Notes under the pieces: generated by a model
What the model saw: the letters and a program-made list of their open reading frames with translations, nothing else
Database searches by the model: none
What the model was told of the DNA's origin: nothing
Position numbers and translations under genes: made by a program
Origin: Pedosphaera sp.
GTDB taxonomy: Bacteria > Verrucomicrobiota > Verrucomicrobiia > Limisphaerales > SIBH01
Direction: 5' to 3'
Assembly: GCA_031414955.1 (NCBI GenBank)
Contig: JANOQV010000184.1
Span: forward strand, 1-64,000
Length of the DNA: 64,000 nucleotides
Part shown: positions 1 through 9,341 of the stretch, in pieces
How the letters are laid out: each line of letters starts with the position of its first letter
Numbering within the stretch: position 1 is the stretch's first letter

Positions 1-105
1 TTTTTCGTCCACCAATTGCGGGCGCAGCAGGAGCAGCTTGCGGCCGTTCATGCTGGCTTCCTTCTTGGTCGAGACGACCGAACCTTCAACGCGGGCGAGG
101 AACAT
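1..105 (-). CDS. BMC vertex (pentamer) protein, EutN/CcmL family; runs off the window edge
   Basis: Manual translation from ATG at 105: MFLARVEGSVVSTKKEASMNGRKLLLLRPQLVDEK, a typical EutN/CcmL N-terminus, in a BMC operon. Confidence 0.9.
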   Translation of the reverse strand, partial: MFLARVEGSVVSTKKEASMNGRKLLLLRPQLVDEK

Positions 106-110
106 AAAAG

Positions 111-190
111 TAATCAGTTGTCAGTGTTCAGTCACCAGTGAGGGCAATCGCACGTCGCGAATGAACACGGATGACTGAGCCACTGATTAC
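111..190. repeat. Heptamer inverted-repeat element (NNNCAGT family)
   Basis: aatcagt-tgtcagt-gttcagt-caccagt at 112-139, then degenerate reverse-complement units (actgagc, cactgatt) up to ~190; related units at ~510-540 and 39661-39700. Confidence 0.6.
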
Positions 191-471
191 TTCTTCTTCG
201 GCAGCACCGCGTCCACATCGCTGTGCGGGCGGGCGATGACATGCACGCTCACGATTTCGCCCTTGATGGCTTTGATGGCTTGGGCGCCGGCGTCGGTGGC
301 GGCTTTGACGGCGGCGACGTCGCCGACCACGACGGCGGTGTCGAGCGCGTTGCCGACCTGGGTCATCGGGCCGGCGAGCTCGACGTTTGCGGCCTTGAGC
401 ATCGCGTCGGTGCCCTCGACGAGAGCGACGAGTCCGCGCGTTTCAATCATTCCAATGGCTTGTTGTGACAT
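187..471 (-). CDS. BMC-H shell hexamer protein
   Basis: [13 protein letters not shown]...DAMLKAANV...GDVAAVKAA...HVIARPH motifs; start moved to the ATG at 471. Confidence 0.95.
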   Translation of the reverse strand: MSQQAIGMIETRGLVALVEGTDAMLKAANVELAGPMTQVGNALDTAVVVGDVAAVKAATDAGAQAIKAIKGEIVSVHVIARPHSDVDAVLPKKK

Positions 472-533
472 AATTTTACTTGGTGTTGTTGGTTGAGAGT
501 TTGGGGAAGTAATCAGTGATCCGTTTTCAATAA

Positions 534-1724
534 TCAGTTTCTGGATTCGAGCAGGCGTTTCGTTTCGCGGGCGACGACGAGTTCTTCGTTGGTCGGAATC
601 ACCAAAACCTGGACGCGCGAGTTCGCGGCGCTGATGACGGCTTCGGTGGCGCGGACAGAATTGTTTTTCTCGACGTCGAGCACGATGCCGAGCTGGTCTA
701 GGTTGGCGCAAATCGCGGCACGGAGTTCGGCGCGGTTCTCGCCGATGCCGGCGGTGAACACGATGGCCTCGGCGCCGTTCATCTGGAAGAAGTAGCCGCC
801 AATCCAGCGGCGCGCTTCACTCACGAAAACATCAATGGCAAGCCGGGCCTTGGTATTGCCTTTCGACGCCGCTTCCTGAATGTCCCGAATGTCGTTGGAG
901 AGCCCGCCGCTCAAACCTTTGAGGCCACCTTCCTTGGCAAACTGCCGTTGCGCTTCCTCCAGGCTGAGGCCCAGCGTTTTCACTACGTAGGGCAACGCCT
1001 CCGCGTCGAGATCGCCTACGCGATTGTTCTGCGGCAGGCCGGACTGCGGGCTCATGCCCAGACTGTTGCCGATGGCGATGCCGTTCAGAATTCCAGTGAT
1101 GCTCGAACTGCCGCCAAGGTGGCAAGAGATGATGCGCAGGGGCGCGCCAGCCACCGGAGATTGGCCGCCGTTCACGTAGAGACTTTGCGCGCGCGCGGCC
1201 ACCTCAGCACGACCGAGCATTTCCGCACTGCGTTCGGCAATGAACTTATGGCTCGCGCCATGAAATCCCCAGCGGCGGACCCCGATGTCGTGCCACGCCT
1301 CAGGCACGGCATAGCGCATCATGGCCGGGGGCGCGAACTGGTAAAACGCCGTCTCGAACAGCGCGACCAGCGGCACGCTGGGCATGCGCTGCGCGAAAAG
1401 GCGGATGCCGGTGATGTAGGGTGGATTGTGCGCCGGCGCGAGACCGTTGTAGGCCTCCATCGCCCCGAGCACTTTTTCATCGAGCCGCACGCAGCCGGTC
1501 ACATCCTTCGCGATAACGGTCTTGAAGCCGACCGCCGCCAGCTCGCTTTCGCTGGCGATGGCACCAGCTTCCTTGAGCTGCGCGAGGCAATCCTCAATCG
1601 CCTTGGGATAATCGGTCACGCGCTCGAAGCCGCCCTTGTGGAGCAGCTTCTCGGCGCGGTTCGAGAAGTCGAACAGCCGCCACTTGAGCGAGGTGGAACC
1701 GATGTTTGCGATGAGGATTTTCAT
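534..1724 (-). CDS. ackA: Acetate/propionate kinase
   Basis: N-terminal NIGSTSLK, APAHN, GFHGASH, HLGGSSS, FTAGIGEN and PTNEE motifs. Confidence 0.95.
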   Translation of the reverse strand: MKILIANIGSTSLKWRLFDFSNRAEKLLHKGGFERVTDYPKAIEDCLAQLKEAGAIASESELAAVGFKTVIAKDVTGCVRLDEKVLGAMEAYNGLAPAHNPPYITGIRLFAQRMPSVPLVALFETAFYQFAPPAMMRYAVPEAWHDIGVRRWGFHGASHKFIAERSAEMLGRAEVAARAQSLYVNGGQSPVAGAPLRIISCHLGGSSSITGILNGIAIGNSLGMSPQSGLPQNNRVGDLDAEALPYVVKTLGLSLEEAQRQFAKEGGLKGLSGGLSNDIRDIQEAASKGNTKARLAIDVFVSEARRWIGGYFFQMNGAEAIVFTAGIGENRAELRAAICANLDQLGIVLDVEKNNSVRATEAVISAANSRVQVLVIPTNEELVVARETKRLLESRN

Positions 1725-1730
1725 GGTCTA

Positions 1731-1775
1731 ACCACGAAGACACGAAGGACACAAAGTCTTGGTGAACTTTGTGCC
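1731..1775. repeat. Nonamer-type inverted repeat (cacgaagNN family)
   Basis: accacgaagacacgaaggacacaaag followed by partial complement ctttgtg. Confidence 0.5.
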
Positions 1776-1785
1776 TATACGGTCA

Positions 1786-2064
1786 TCACTGGAGCCACTT
1801 GCCGAGCACCGCCAGGCCTTCGTGCGGACGCGGAATGACCTGCACGCTGACGACTGATCCGACCTGCGAAGCCGCGGCCGCACCGGCATCCACGGCGGCT
1901 TTCACGCTCGCGACGTCCCCACGAAAGAACGCGGTGACATAGCCGGAGCCAATTTTTTCCCAGCCGGTGAACGTGACGTTCGCGGACTTGAGCGCGGCGT
2001 CCACGGCCTCGAAGAGCGCGCAGAGACCCTTGCACTCGATCATTCCAATTGCTTGTTGAGCCAT
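1786..2064 (-). CDS. BMC-H shell hexamer protein
   Basis: AIGMIECKG...DAALKSANV...[11 protein letters not shown]...VIPRPH. Confidence 0.95.
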   Translation of the reverse strand: MAQQAIGMIECKGLCALFEAVDAALKSANVTFTGWEKIGSGYVTAFFRGDVASVKAAVDAGAAAASQVGSVVSVQVIPRPHEGLAVLGKWLQ

Positions 2065-2098
2065 AAATTTTTGAGAGTTGGTGGTTGAGTGTTGAGAG

Positions 2099-2389
2099 TT
2101 ATTTCTTCACCGCAGCGGCGTCGCCGAAGAAAATTTTGCCGAGGTCGTCATGCGGGCGGGCGATGACGTGGCTGGCCACGAGTTCGCCAACTTTGCCGGC
2201 GGCCTTGCTGCCCGCGTCCACGGCGGCTTTCACGCTGGCCACGTCCCCCCTACAGATGACGGTGATGAGACCGCCGCCGATGGAGATGGTCTTGGTGATG
2301 GTGACGTTTGCGGCCTTGGCCATGGCATCAGTGGCTTCGATGCTTCCGGTGTAGCCCTTCGTTTCGATCATGCCGATTGCTTCGCTCAT
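2099..2389 (-). CDS. BMC-H shell hexamer protein
   Basis: AIGMIETKG...DAMAKAANV...[11 protein letters not shown]...HVIARPH. Confidence 0.95.
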   Translation of the reverse strand: MSEAIGMIETKGYTGSIEATDAMAKAANVTITKTISIGGGLITVICRGDVASVKAAVDAGSKAAGKVGELVASHVIARPHDDLGKIFFGDAAAVKK

Positions 2390-2428
2390 AGTTTAGTGTT
2401 GTTGGTTGAGAGTTGTGGGAAAGGTCAT

Positions 2429-3109
2429 TTATTTAATCAGTTCGCAGGAAGTGTCCGGCTGGAGATTGCAGGCGTTACCCTCGTCGGTGTCGATGTGGAC
2501 CTCCAGTTTGAAGCTTTTGTCCACGCGGCAAAGCATCCGGTCGAGCGTGATGCCGCAGTCGCCGCCAATCTTCAGCTTCATCCAGTCGCCGGGCTTCACG
2601 CCGTAGTAATCCGCATCCGTCGGTCCCAAATGGACATGGCGCAGGGCGCGAATAATGCCGGACTCCATCTCGAAGAATCCCGCCGGCCCCATCAACATGC
2701 CGCCGAGCGTGCCTTTGATGTCGCCAGAACTGCGGAGCGGGAGATCAAAGCCCAGCGCGATGCCGTCGGTGTAGGCCAGCTCGACTTGGTTCAGCGTCCG
2801 GCACGGGCCAAGAATGCGCAGATTGGAAATAACCCGGCTGCGCGGACCAACCAGCGTCACGGTCTCCTTCGCCGCGAACTGCCCTTCCTGATAAAGCCAC
2901 TTGTGAACCTGCAGTTTGTGCCCCTTACCAAAAAGCGCCTCGACGGCTTCCTGGGTGAGATGGCAATGGCGCGCACTGATGTTCACCACCAGGGGATTCG
3001 GCGCGGCCGCAGTGCTCGGCAGAGGCTTGCCCAGACGGGCATAGACGGACTGCCGGACGAGATGTTCGACGACGGCACGATGCGGAGGCGGTTGAATTGC
3101 CTGAGACAT
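2429..3109 (-). CDS. pduL: Phosphate acyltransferase, PduL type, with N-terminal encapsulation-peptide-like helix
   Basis: SARHCHL, RILGPCR, RHVH and HIDTDEGNA motifs; amphipathic AVVEHLVRQSVYARL at the N-terminus. Confidence 0.95.
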   Translation of the reverse strand: MSQAIQPPPHRAVVEHLVRQSVYARLGKPLPSTAAAPNPLVVNISARHCHLTQEAVEALFGKGHKLQVHKWLYQEGQFAAKETVTLVGPRSRVISNLRILGPCRTLNQVELAYTDGIALGFDLPLRSSGDIKGTLGGMLMGPAGFFEMESGIIRALRHVHLGPTDADYYGVKPGDWMKLKIGGDCGITLDRMLCRVDKSFKLEVHIDTDEGNACNLQPDTSCELIK

Positions 3110-3193
3110 TTCGATGGTTATCGACAGGTTTTGGAATTACGTCAAACGATTTATTGCAATATCTCTCAAATACTTCCACAGTCCTGAAAGATA

Positions 3194-4087
3194 ATGCAAT
3201 CCGAAGAACGTCAGAAACGGGTTGAAGACCACCTCGCCAAGGTGGAATTTGCCTCTCTGGACGAGCTTTCCGAGCTTGTGGACGCCTCTATTTCGACAGT
3301 TCGACGGGATTTGGATATTCTGGAAGGCCAAGGGCTGATTCGCCGCACTCATGGTGGGGCGCGACTGGTTAATCCGAAGTCGGATGAGTTCACTTTTTCC
3401 ACCCGTGACACCCATCAACTCTCAGAGAAAGAAGCGATTGGCCAGGCCTGCGCGGCGCTCATTCTACCCAATCAGACCGTCATTGTGGATGCCGGCACAA
3501 CCTGTTTCCACGTCGCCCGGCACCTCGAAGCCAAAAGCCCGCACATCATCACGAACTCCCTGCCCGTGGCGAACGCTTTCTCCTCCTCAGCCAAGACCGA
3601 AGTCGTGGTCAGCGGCGGCCTGATTTATCCGCGCCTCGGCGTCCTGGTAGGGCCCCTGGCGGTGGCGGCGTTCGCCCAAGTTCACGCCGATGTGGCAATT
3701 TTGAGCTGCGGCGGCATCACCGCCGAGGTCGTGACCAACTCCCACGGCCTGCTCATCGAGATTCAGATTGCCATGATGCAGGCGGCCCGGCGGGTCATCC
3801 TCTGTGTGGATCATACCAAGTTCGGCCGTCAATCCATCAGCCAGCTCTGCGTTCTGGACGCGATCGATACCGTGATCACGGACCAATTGCCGCCGGAGGA
3901 CATCCGGGCCGCGCTGGAAAAGGGCGGTGTCGAATTGATTCTGGCCTCCGCTGACGGGCCGAAGGTGATTCTCCAAAACCGTCCCAAAGCCCCGCGCCCA
4001 ATCCAGCGCAAGGTGGAGACGACGTCCCCGGCGTCCCAAAACACGCCTGCCGGCATCTCCACGGAGCACGACGGGTTCATCGACTAA
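3194..4087 (+). CDS. DeoR/GlpR family transcriptional regulator of the BMC locus
   Basis: HTH SISTVRRDL..L, RTHGGA, EKEAIG, DAGTT, ITNS, DHTKFG; divergent from pduL. Confidence 0.95.
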   Translation: MQSEERQKRVEDHLAKVEFASLDELSELVDASISTVRRDLDILEGQGLIRRTHGGARLVNPKSDEFTFSTRDTHQLSEKEAIGQACAALILPNQTVIVDAGTTCFHVARHLEAKSPHIITNSLPVANAFSSSAKTEVVVSGGLIYPRLGVLVGPLAVAAFAQVHADVAILSCGGITAEVVTNSHGLLIEIQIAMMQAARRVILCVDHTKFGRQSISQLCVLDAIDTVITDQLPPEDIRAALEKGGVELILASADGPKVILQNRPKAPRPIQRKVETTSPASQNTPAGISTEHDGFID

Positions 4088-4106
4088 GCCCTGCCCCGCC
4101 CTCACT

Positions 4107-5000
4107 GTGAGCGAAAATTACGCATTGGTTCCCCTCGTCAACGGCCTGTTCAGCATCCGCCTGCTGGAGAATGGAGAGACCTTCCATCCCGTGATTGGCC
4201 CGGTCGCCGAAGCGGAGGCGCTTTACATCAAACAACTCAAGTTGCATGAGCGCATCACAACGTGCCGCCAGCGTCCCGCTGGCATCGGGGAGGAACGCCA
4301 GCAGAATGCTGGCGGTAGGCTGGTGATCTGGGACATTGGTCTCGGGGCAGGCGGCAACGTGATCACCACGTTCAATAACCTGAAAGAGATTTCAGCCGAT
4401 CTGCGTGTTGTGAGCTTTGACCACACGCTGGGCGCGCTCCGCTTTTCGCTGGAACATGCCGGTCCGCTCCAGTTTCCCGTCGGCTTTGAAACCGTGATCG
4501 ATGAACTGCTCCGCAATCATCGTGTGGAATTCCGGCATGGGGCACTGCGCGTGCAATGGGAAGTTCACGTCGGAGATTTCCCGGCGGCACTGGCCGGGGC
4601 CAAACCTACTTGGCCCGCGCCGCACGCCATTTTCTTCGACGCCTTCTCCCCGGCACGCAATCCGGCCATGTGGACGCTGCCGTTGTTTGAGAACCTGTTT
4701 CGCTGTCTCGATCCGCAACGGCCTTGCACGCTGGCCACCTATACCCGCAGCACCATCCCGCGGGTCACCCTTTTGCTGGCGGGATTTTTTGTCGGCGCGG
4801 GTGATCCCGTGGCGGCGAAAAATGAGACCACGATTGCGGCGAACAGCCTCGATCTTATTGAGCGCCCGCTCGGCGCGCGCTGGCTGGAGCGCGCCCGCAC
4901 CTCGCACAGCGCCGAACCGCTGCACGCCAACGAATACCGGATCGCACCGCTGAATCCGGAGACGTGGGAGCGGCTAAGGGCTCATCCGCAGTTCAAGTAA
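4107..5000 (+). CDS. MnmC-like (MnmD) SAM-dependent methyltransferase
   Basis: ETFHP...EAEALY, WDIGLGAGGN, FDAFSPARNPAMW, LATY...AGFFV. Confidence 0.85.
   Translation: MSENYALVPLVNGLFSIRLLENGETFHPVIGPVAEAEALYIKQLKLHERITTCRQRPAGIGEERQQNAGGRLVIWDIGLGAGGNVITTFNNLKEISADLRVVSFDHTLGALRFSLEHAGPLQFPVGFETVIDELLRNHRVEFRHGALRVQWEVHVGDFPAALAGAKPTWPAPHAIFFDAFSPARNPAMWTLPLFENLFRCLDPQRPCTLATYTRSTIPRVTLLLAGFFVGAGDPVAAKNETTIAANSLDLIERPLGARWLERARTSHSAEPLHANEYRIAPLNPETWERLRAHPQFK
4259..4318. repeat. REP-like palindromic insertion, in frame within the methyltransferase
   Basis: aacgtgccgccagcgtcccgctggca...gccagcagaatgctggcggt; a collapsed version aacgtgccgctggcggcacg lies at 30341-30360. Confidence 0.55.
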
Positions 5001-5049
5001 GTCGGTGCACCAGCGCATCGGAGCATCGCTCCGAGAGGCGTGCGTCGGC

Positions 5050-7950
5050 TCATTCGCCTGATTCGTTGCGCCGCTGCGCGCGGCGCTTGGCTTCGAGGAG
5101 ACGATTGGTGGTGCCAGCGGGTTTTTCCTCCGGCTTGCCGCCCTGCTTGGCGGGTGATTCTAGGATGGGGCTGTGCTCAGATTTGGGTTCGGAAAAATCC
5201 GCTCCGAGATCGACGGGGCGCGCAGGGCGGAACAATTCCTCGGCGGGCTGCACGGCCAGCGCGGTCTGCGTGGAGCGCACTTGATCGCGGCGGGCCAGCA
5301 GCGCGGTCAGCGATTCATCGGCCGCCACGGGACGCGGGCGGCCGCGCCAGAAGAAGAGCCAGCGGCGGAGGCTCGCGGTGGCCCGCAGCCATTCGTCGCG
5401 GTCGAGCTGGATGCGGCGCACGCCGACATCGAGCGGGAAGAGGCAGATGGCCAGCTTGAGCAGCCATTCCCAGAGGCCGCGCGGCTGGAAGGTTTTTTTG
5501 CGGTCGTGCAGGAAGGGATTTTCATCCGGCAACGTCGTTTGCATCGGCAGCACTTTGCCGCCGCTTGCGTCGGCAATCTGCTGGAGGAGATGGGCATTCG
5601 GCTCGGTGTTGTTGAACTCCGGCGAGTAGTTGACGCTCGCGCCGAGGAACTGCGAGCCGGTCACCTTGCCGTCATGCACGTCCATGAGGTTGAGCGAGTA
5701 GGAGCCGACTTCCCGGGTCGGGAAGCGCGCCTCGTAATGGCCTGGCCCGGTCTGCTCCAGCCGCACCATTTGCGGCGTGCCCTTGGGGCTGACGACGACG
5801 GTTTGGAGGCTGAGGAAGTTGCGGTAGTTGCCGTCCTTGTCCAGCGCATCGACAGTCAGCACGCCCTCGCCCTTGTCGATGTTGACCTCGGTGGTGAGGT
5901 CAGCGTTCTCCACGCGGCGCAAACTCCACTGCGCGGTTTGTGTCCAGAACTGGCGATACTTGTCCCAGTTCATCCACATACGCGCCCACTTGGGTTTCGC
6001 GTCGCTGGTGAAGGCGACGGCGCGGCCCAGCCCATACTGCCAGTGCGCGAGCAGCGGGTCGCCCTTCTCGGTGAGCAGCGGCACTTCGGCGCGCGGCTTG
6101 GGCTGCGTGCAAACGTAGCCGTGCAACGTGGGATAGTCCGCGCCGCCGATGCCGCGCACGAGTTCGCTCGCGGCGACGAGCTTCGGGCGGAACGGCTCCT
6201 CGTAAATGGCCGACTTCAAAATCACCATCGTCTCCTTGATGAAAATCTGCGGCAGATCGGCGGGCGACACGACGTTGTGGAACCGGCCGCGGCCCTGGTC
6301 GGCGATGAACTGCATGGTCTGCGGCCCAAAGTGACCGGAGATGAGGACGGAACTGGCGGTGATTTTGGCCGCGACGATGTCGCTCATCAACTGCTGCTGC
6401 GGTGCGGCGGGATCGCCGTCGCTGAAGACAATCATGTGCTTGAGGCTGGCGCTGGATTTCTTCAACGCCTCGTAGGCGCGGCTCATCACGCCCTGGAAGT
6501 CGCCGAGGTCGCCCTGGTTCATGCCCGCGATGGCCCGGCTGGCGGCCTGCTTGTTGCCGACCTTCTGCAAATCGAACACCCAGCGCTCGGTGCCATCCCA
6601 CATGATGAGTCCCAACTCATCCTGCGGGCCGAGCGCGGCGAGCACGCCCTGCGCACAGTCGCGCGCGACCTGGTTGCCGTTACCGAATTCCATGCCGTGC
6701 ATCACCAGCACGACGGCACCGGACGGGAGCACCTTCTTGGAATCCAGTTCCATGTTCACCGGCAGCGTGGTTTCCAGCGGTGTGCCCTTGTAAGCACCGG
6801 CCATGTAAGTCTGATCGCCGCCCACGCACACGAGGCCGACCCCGAAATCACGCACGGCGCTTTCGAGGAACTTCATCAGGCGATCGCCAAGATCACCGGC
6901 GGCGATGTTGCTCAGGAAAATGGAATCGTAGCTTTGCAGCTCGGCGAGTGATTCCGGGAAACGGTCCGGCCCGATGACGCGCAACTCGATGTTGGCCGAG
7001 CGCAGTGCCGCCGCCAGCGTGGCGTCCTGCGTGGCATCCGAGGTCACGAGCAGGATGCGCGGATCGCCACGCACATTCACGAAAGCGGTGGCGCGGTTGT
7101 TCTGAGGGATGATGTCACCGGGCACGTCAATCTGCGCCCGGTAGGTGATGAAGCTCGCCTCGGTGAGAGTCTGCGGGAAGGTGAAGAGATTCTTGCCCGG
7201 CTCGAGTTCGACCTCTTGTTTGCCGAGGAACTGCTCGTCGCGATACAGCGTCAGCGTGCCCTTCTGTTTGTAATCCGACTGCACGAAAACCTTGGCCTCA
7301 ATGGTCTGCCCCTTCTTCACGCGCGGCGGCAGAGTGAGGCGTTGCAGGGAAACATCGTTGCCGCGCGCCACGCCGAGCGGGATTACGTCGATGGTCACAC
7401 CGAGGGGCTTGGCGGAAATGACAGCGTTGAGCGCGTCGCCCATGTTTTCGTTGCCGTCGGACAAGACCACGAGACGCTTCTGACCGTTCTCGGGAAAGGC
7501 CGCCGTGCCCAGACGCACCGCGCCAGCGATGTCCGTGCGGTCGGCGCTGACCACGGCGAAGATTTTCTGCTTATCGGGATCGATGGTCTCGCGAACGGTG
7601 GTTTCCAGCGCCGCGTCGCCGCCGAAGACGAGAAAGCCGACGCGGTCTTCCTTCTTCTTCGTGTTGGAGAGGTTGACGGCGTATTTGAAGGCGGCCTCCT
7701 GTTGCGCGGAAGGCACGCTGTCCGAGCGGTCGAGCACGAACATCACATTCACGCCTTCCATGGGCTGTTTCCATTGCAGCCCGGCGATGGCCAGCACGAT
7801 GGCGGTGACGATGACGAGGCGCAACGCGAAGGCCAGCCAGCGCCGCGCCGTGCCGATCTGCACGTCGGACTTGAAGAACAACCACACCGTCCAGACCAGC
7901 GCGGGAATCAGCGCGATCAGGTAGAGCGGGTGGGTGAATTGGAAGTTCAT
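5050..7950 (-). CDS. Large membrane protein with BatA-like N-terminus, VWA domains and a glutamine-amidotransferase-like domain
   Basis: FTHPLYL N-terminal TM pair, VLDRSDS MIDAS, LSDGNEN, NN..Ig-like segment, YGLGRAVAFTSD, C-terminal TM; start set to the ATG at 7950, overlapping the upstream stop. Confidence 0.85.
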   Translation of the reverse strand: MNFQFTHPLYLIALIPALVWTVWLFFKSDVQIGTARRWLAFALRLVIVTAIVLAIAGLQWKQPMEGVNVMFVLDRSDSVPSAQQEAAFKYAVNLSNTKKKEDRVGFLVFGGDAALETTVRETIDPDKQKIFAVVSADRTDIAGAVRLGTAAFPENGQKRLVVLSDGNENMGDALNAVISAKPLGVTIDVIPLGVARGNDVSLQRLTLPPRVKKGQTIEAKVFVQSDYKQKGTLTLYRDEQFLGKQEVELEPGKNLFTFPQTLTEASFITYRAQIDVPGDIIPQNNRATAFVNVRGDPRILLVTSDATQDATLAAALRSANIELRVIGPDRFPESLAELQSYDSIFLSNIAAGDLGDRLMKFLESAVRDFGVGLVCVGGDQTYMAGAYKGTPLETTLPVNMELDSKKVLPSGAVVLVMHGMEFGNGNQVARDCAQGVLAALGPQDELGLIMWDGTERWVFDLQKVGNKQAASRAIAGMNQGDLGDFQGVMSRAYEALKKSSASLKHMIVFSDGDPAAPQQQLMSDIVAAKITASSVLISGHFGPQTMQFIADQGRGRFHNVVSPADLPQIFIKETMVILKSAIYEEPFRPKLVAASELVRGIGGADYPTLHGYVCTQPKPRAEVPLLTEKGDPLLAHWQYGLGRAVAFTSDAKPKWARMWMNWDKYRQFWTQTAQWSLRRVENADLTTEVNIDKGEGVLTVDALDKDGNYRNFLSLQTVVVSPKGTPQMVRLEQTGPGHYEARFPTREVGSYSLNLMDVHDGKVTGSQFLGASVNYSPEFNNTEPNAHLLQQIADASGGKVLPMQTTLPDENPFLHDRKKTFQPRGLWEWLLKLAICLFPLDVGVRRIQLDRDEWLRATASLRRWLFFWRGRPRPVAADESLTALLARRDQVRSTQTALAVQPAEELFRPARPVDLGADFSEPKSEHSPILESPAKQGGKPEEKPAGTTNRLLEAKRRAQRRNESGE

Positions 7951-9341
7951 GCGCGGAGAAAAGATCCAAGATCCAAGATCCAAGATCCAGAGAAGCTCCA
8001 AACAGCAAACATCAAGGCGGCAAGCGGTGAGCGGCGATGAATCGCGAATGGAGAATCATTGTCGAGGCACGCTCCTTGGTGCTTGGAGCTTGGTGTTTCT
8101 CTGAAGCTTGGAGCTTGGGGCTTGGAGCTTTGCCTGCTCACCAACTTCTGCACCCGATGATTCATCGAGTCCGCCACGTAGAGGTTGCCCTTCGAGTCGA
8201 GGGCCACACTCCACGGGTTGGCGAACTGGCCGGGTTCATGGCCCGCCTTGCCGACGATCTCGACCGGCTGATCCTTCGCGTCGAAAACCTGGATGCGGCT
8301 GTTGCCAAACTCGCAGACGTATTGCCGCCCCTGCCCGTCCAGCGCTATGTCGTAAGGGTAACTCATCTGACCGGCGCTGGTGCCGGCGTGGCCGTAAGCG
8401 CGGAGAAATCTGCCCTCGCTGGAATAAACCTGGATGCGGTGATTGCAGGAGTCGGCCACGTAGATTTGGTCCGCCGAATCCGTGCCCACGCCCTCGGCGC
8501 GGTTGAATTCACCCGTCCCCTGCCCCGGCGTGCCCCAGGTTGCCTGCACGCGCCCACCTCGCGCAGAGAATTTCTGCACGCGGTCCACCAGCGAGTATTC
8601 GCTGGCGATCACGTTGTTCTTTTTATCCACCGCGATGGCGCGGGGCAATGTCAGTTCGCCGGCATTCGTCCCTTTTACACCCCACTGGGCAACGAGCTTT
8701 CCCTCCGGCGTGAAGTGGTTCACGCGCTGATAATGCGGCTCGAGCACGACGATGTTGCCCTCGCGGTCACAGGCCATGCCCTTGGGCTTGCCGAGGTCGG
8801 TCTGCGGCATCTGCCAGGAGAGGAGAAACTTTCCGTCCGGCGAAAACTTCTGCACGCGGCCCGTCATGTCCACGACGTAGAGATTGTCGTTCGTGTCGCA
8901 GGTGAGGGAACGCGGTTTGTTGAACTGGCCGGCACCGGTGCCGCGCGAGCCGATGATTTCGACGTGGGAGAAGAGGGAGCTGTGAAGAGACGTGCGCGAC
9001 AAATCCGCAGTGCGCCGTGGCTCACACCCCAGGCAAAGCACCAGCGCAGCAAACGCGAAAATCCTGAAAGGATTCAATCCCTCAGCCCAGGGTTGCGAGG
9101 CACGAGCTACCCTGGGTAACGGCGATGATGGTTGGTCAACCCTGAAGGGGTTGAATCCTTCGATGAACACGCCCGACGAGATGCGCGTACTCGCTACAAC
9201 CCCTTCAGGGTTGCGGAGTCCTTGCGCCCGCACACCCAGGGTAGCTCGCGGACTCGCAACCCTGGGCTGAGAGATGGAACCCCGTTGGGGTGCAAACAGC
9301 CGCCTCGGCGCTCCATGCCGTCCTGATAGTCGGGCGTTCAT
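7947..9341 (-). CDS. NHL-repeat beta-propeller lipoprotein (start uncertain; repeat-derived N- and C-terminal extensions)
   Basis: Six G..GQF..P..IA.D...YVAD..NHRIQ repeats; lipobox-like LVLCLGC; ATG at 9341 overlaps the permease stop. Confidence 0.85.
   Translation of the reverse strand: MNARLSGRHGAPRRLFAPQRGSISQPRVASPRATLGVRAQGLRNPEGVVASTRISSGVFIEGFNPFRVDQPSSPLPRVARASQPWAEGLNPFRIFAFAALVLCLGCEPRRTADLSRTSLHSSLFSHVEIIGSRGTGAGQFNKPRSLTCDTNDNLYVVDMTGRVQKFSPDGKFLLSWQMPQTDLGKPKGMACDREGNIVVLEPHYQRVNHFTPEGKLVAQWGVKGTNAGELTLPRAIAVDKKNNVIASEYSLVDRVQKFSARGGRVQATWGTPGQGTGEFNRAEGVGTDSADQIYVADSCNHRIQVYSSEGRFLRAYGHAGTSAGQMSYPYDIALDGQGRQYVCEFGNSRIQVFDAKDQPVEIVGKAGHEPGQFANPWSVALDSKGNLYVADSMNHRVQKLVSRQSSKPQAPSFRETPSSKHQGACLDNDSPFAIHRRSPLAALMFAVWSFSGSWILDLGSFLRA
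7963..8130. repeat. Heptamer inverted-repeat element (NNNCCAA / TTGGNNN family)
   Basis: (gatccaa)3 gatccag agaa gctccaa, spacer, then ttggtgc ttggagc ttggtgt ttct ctgaagc ttggagc ttggggc ttggagc; 39 nt identical to 45157-45195. Confidence 0.85.
9061..9292. repeat. REPIN/BIME-like palindromic element
   Basis: Arms at 9086-9116 and 9235-9266 in inverted orientation, plus caacccc..ggggttg mini-palindromes; 9086-9116 is the exact reverse complement of 35440-35470. Confidence 0.85.
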
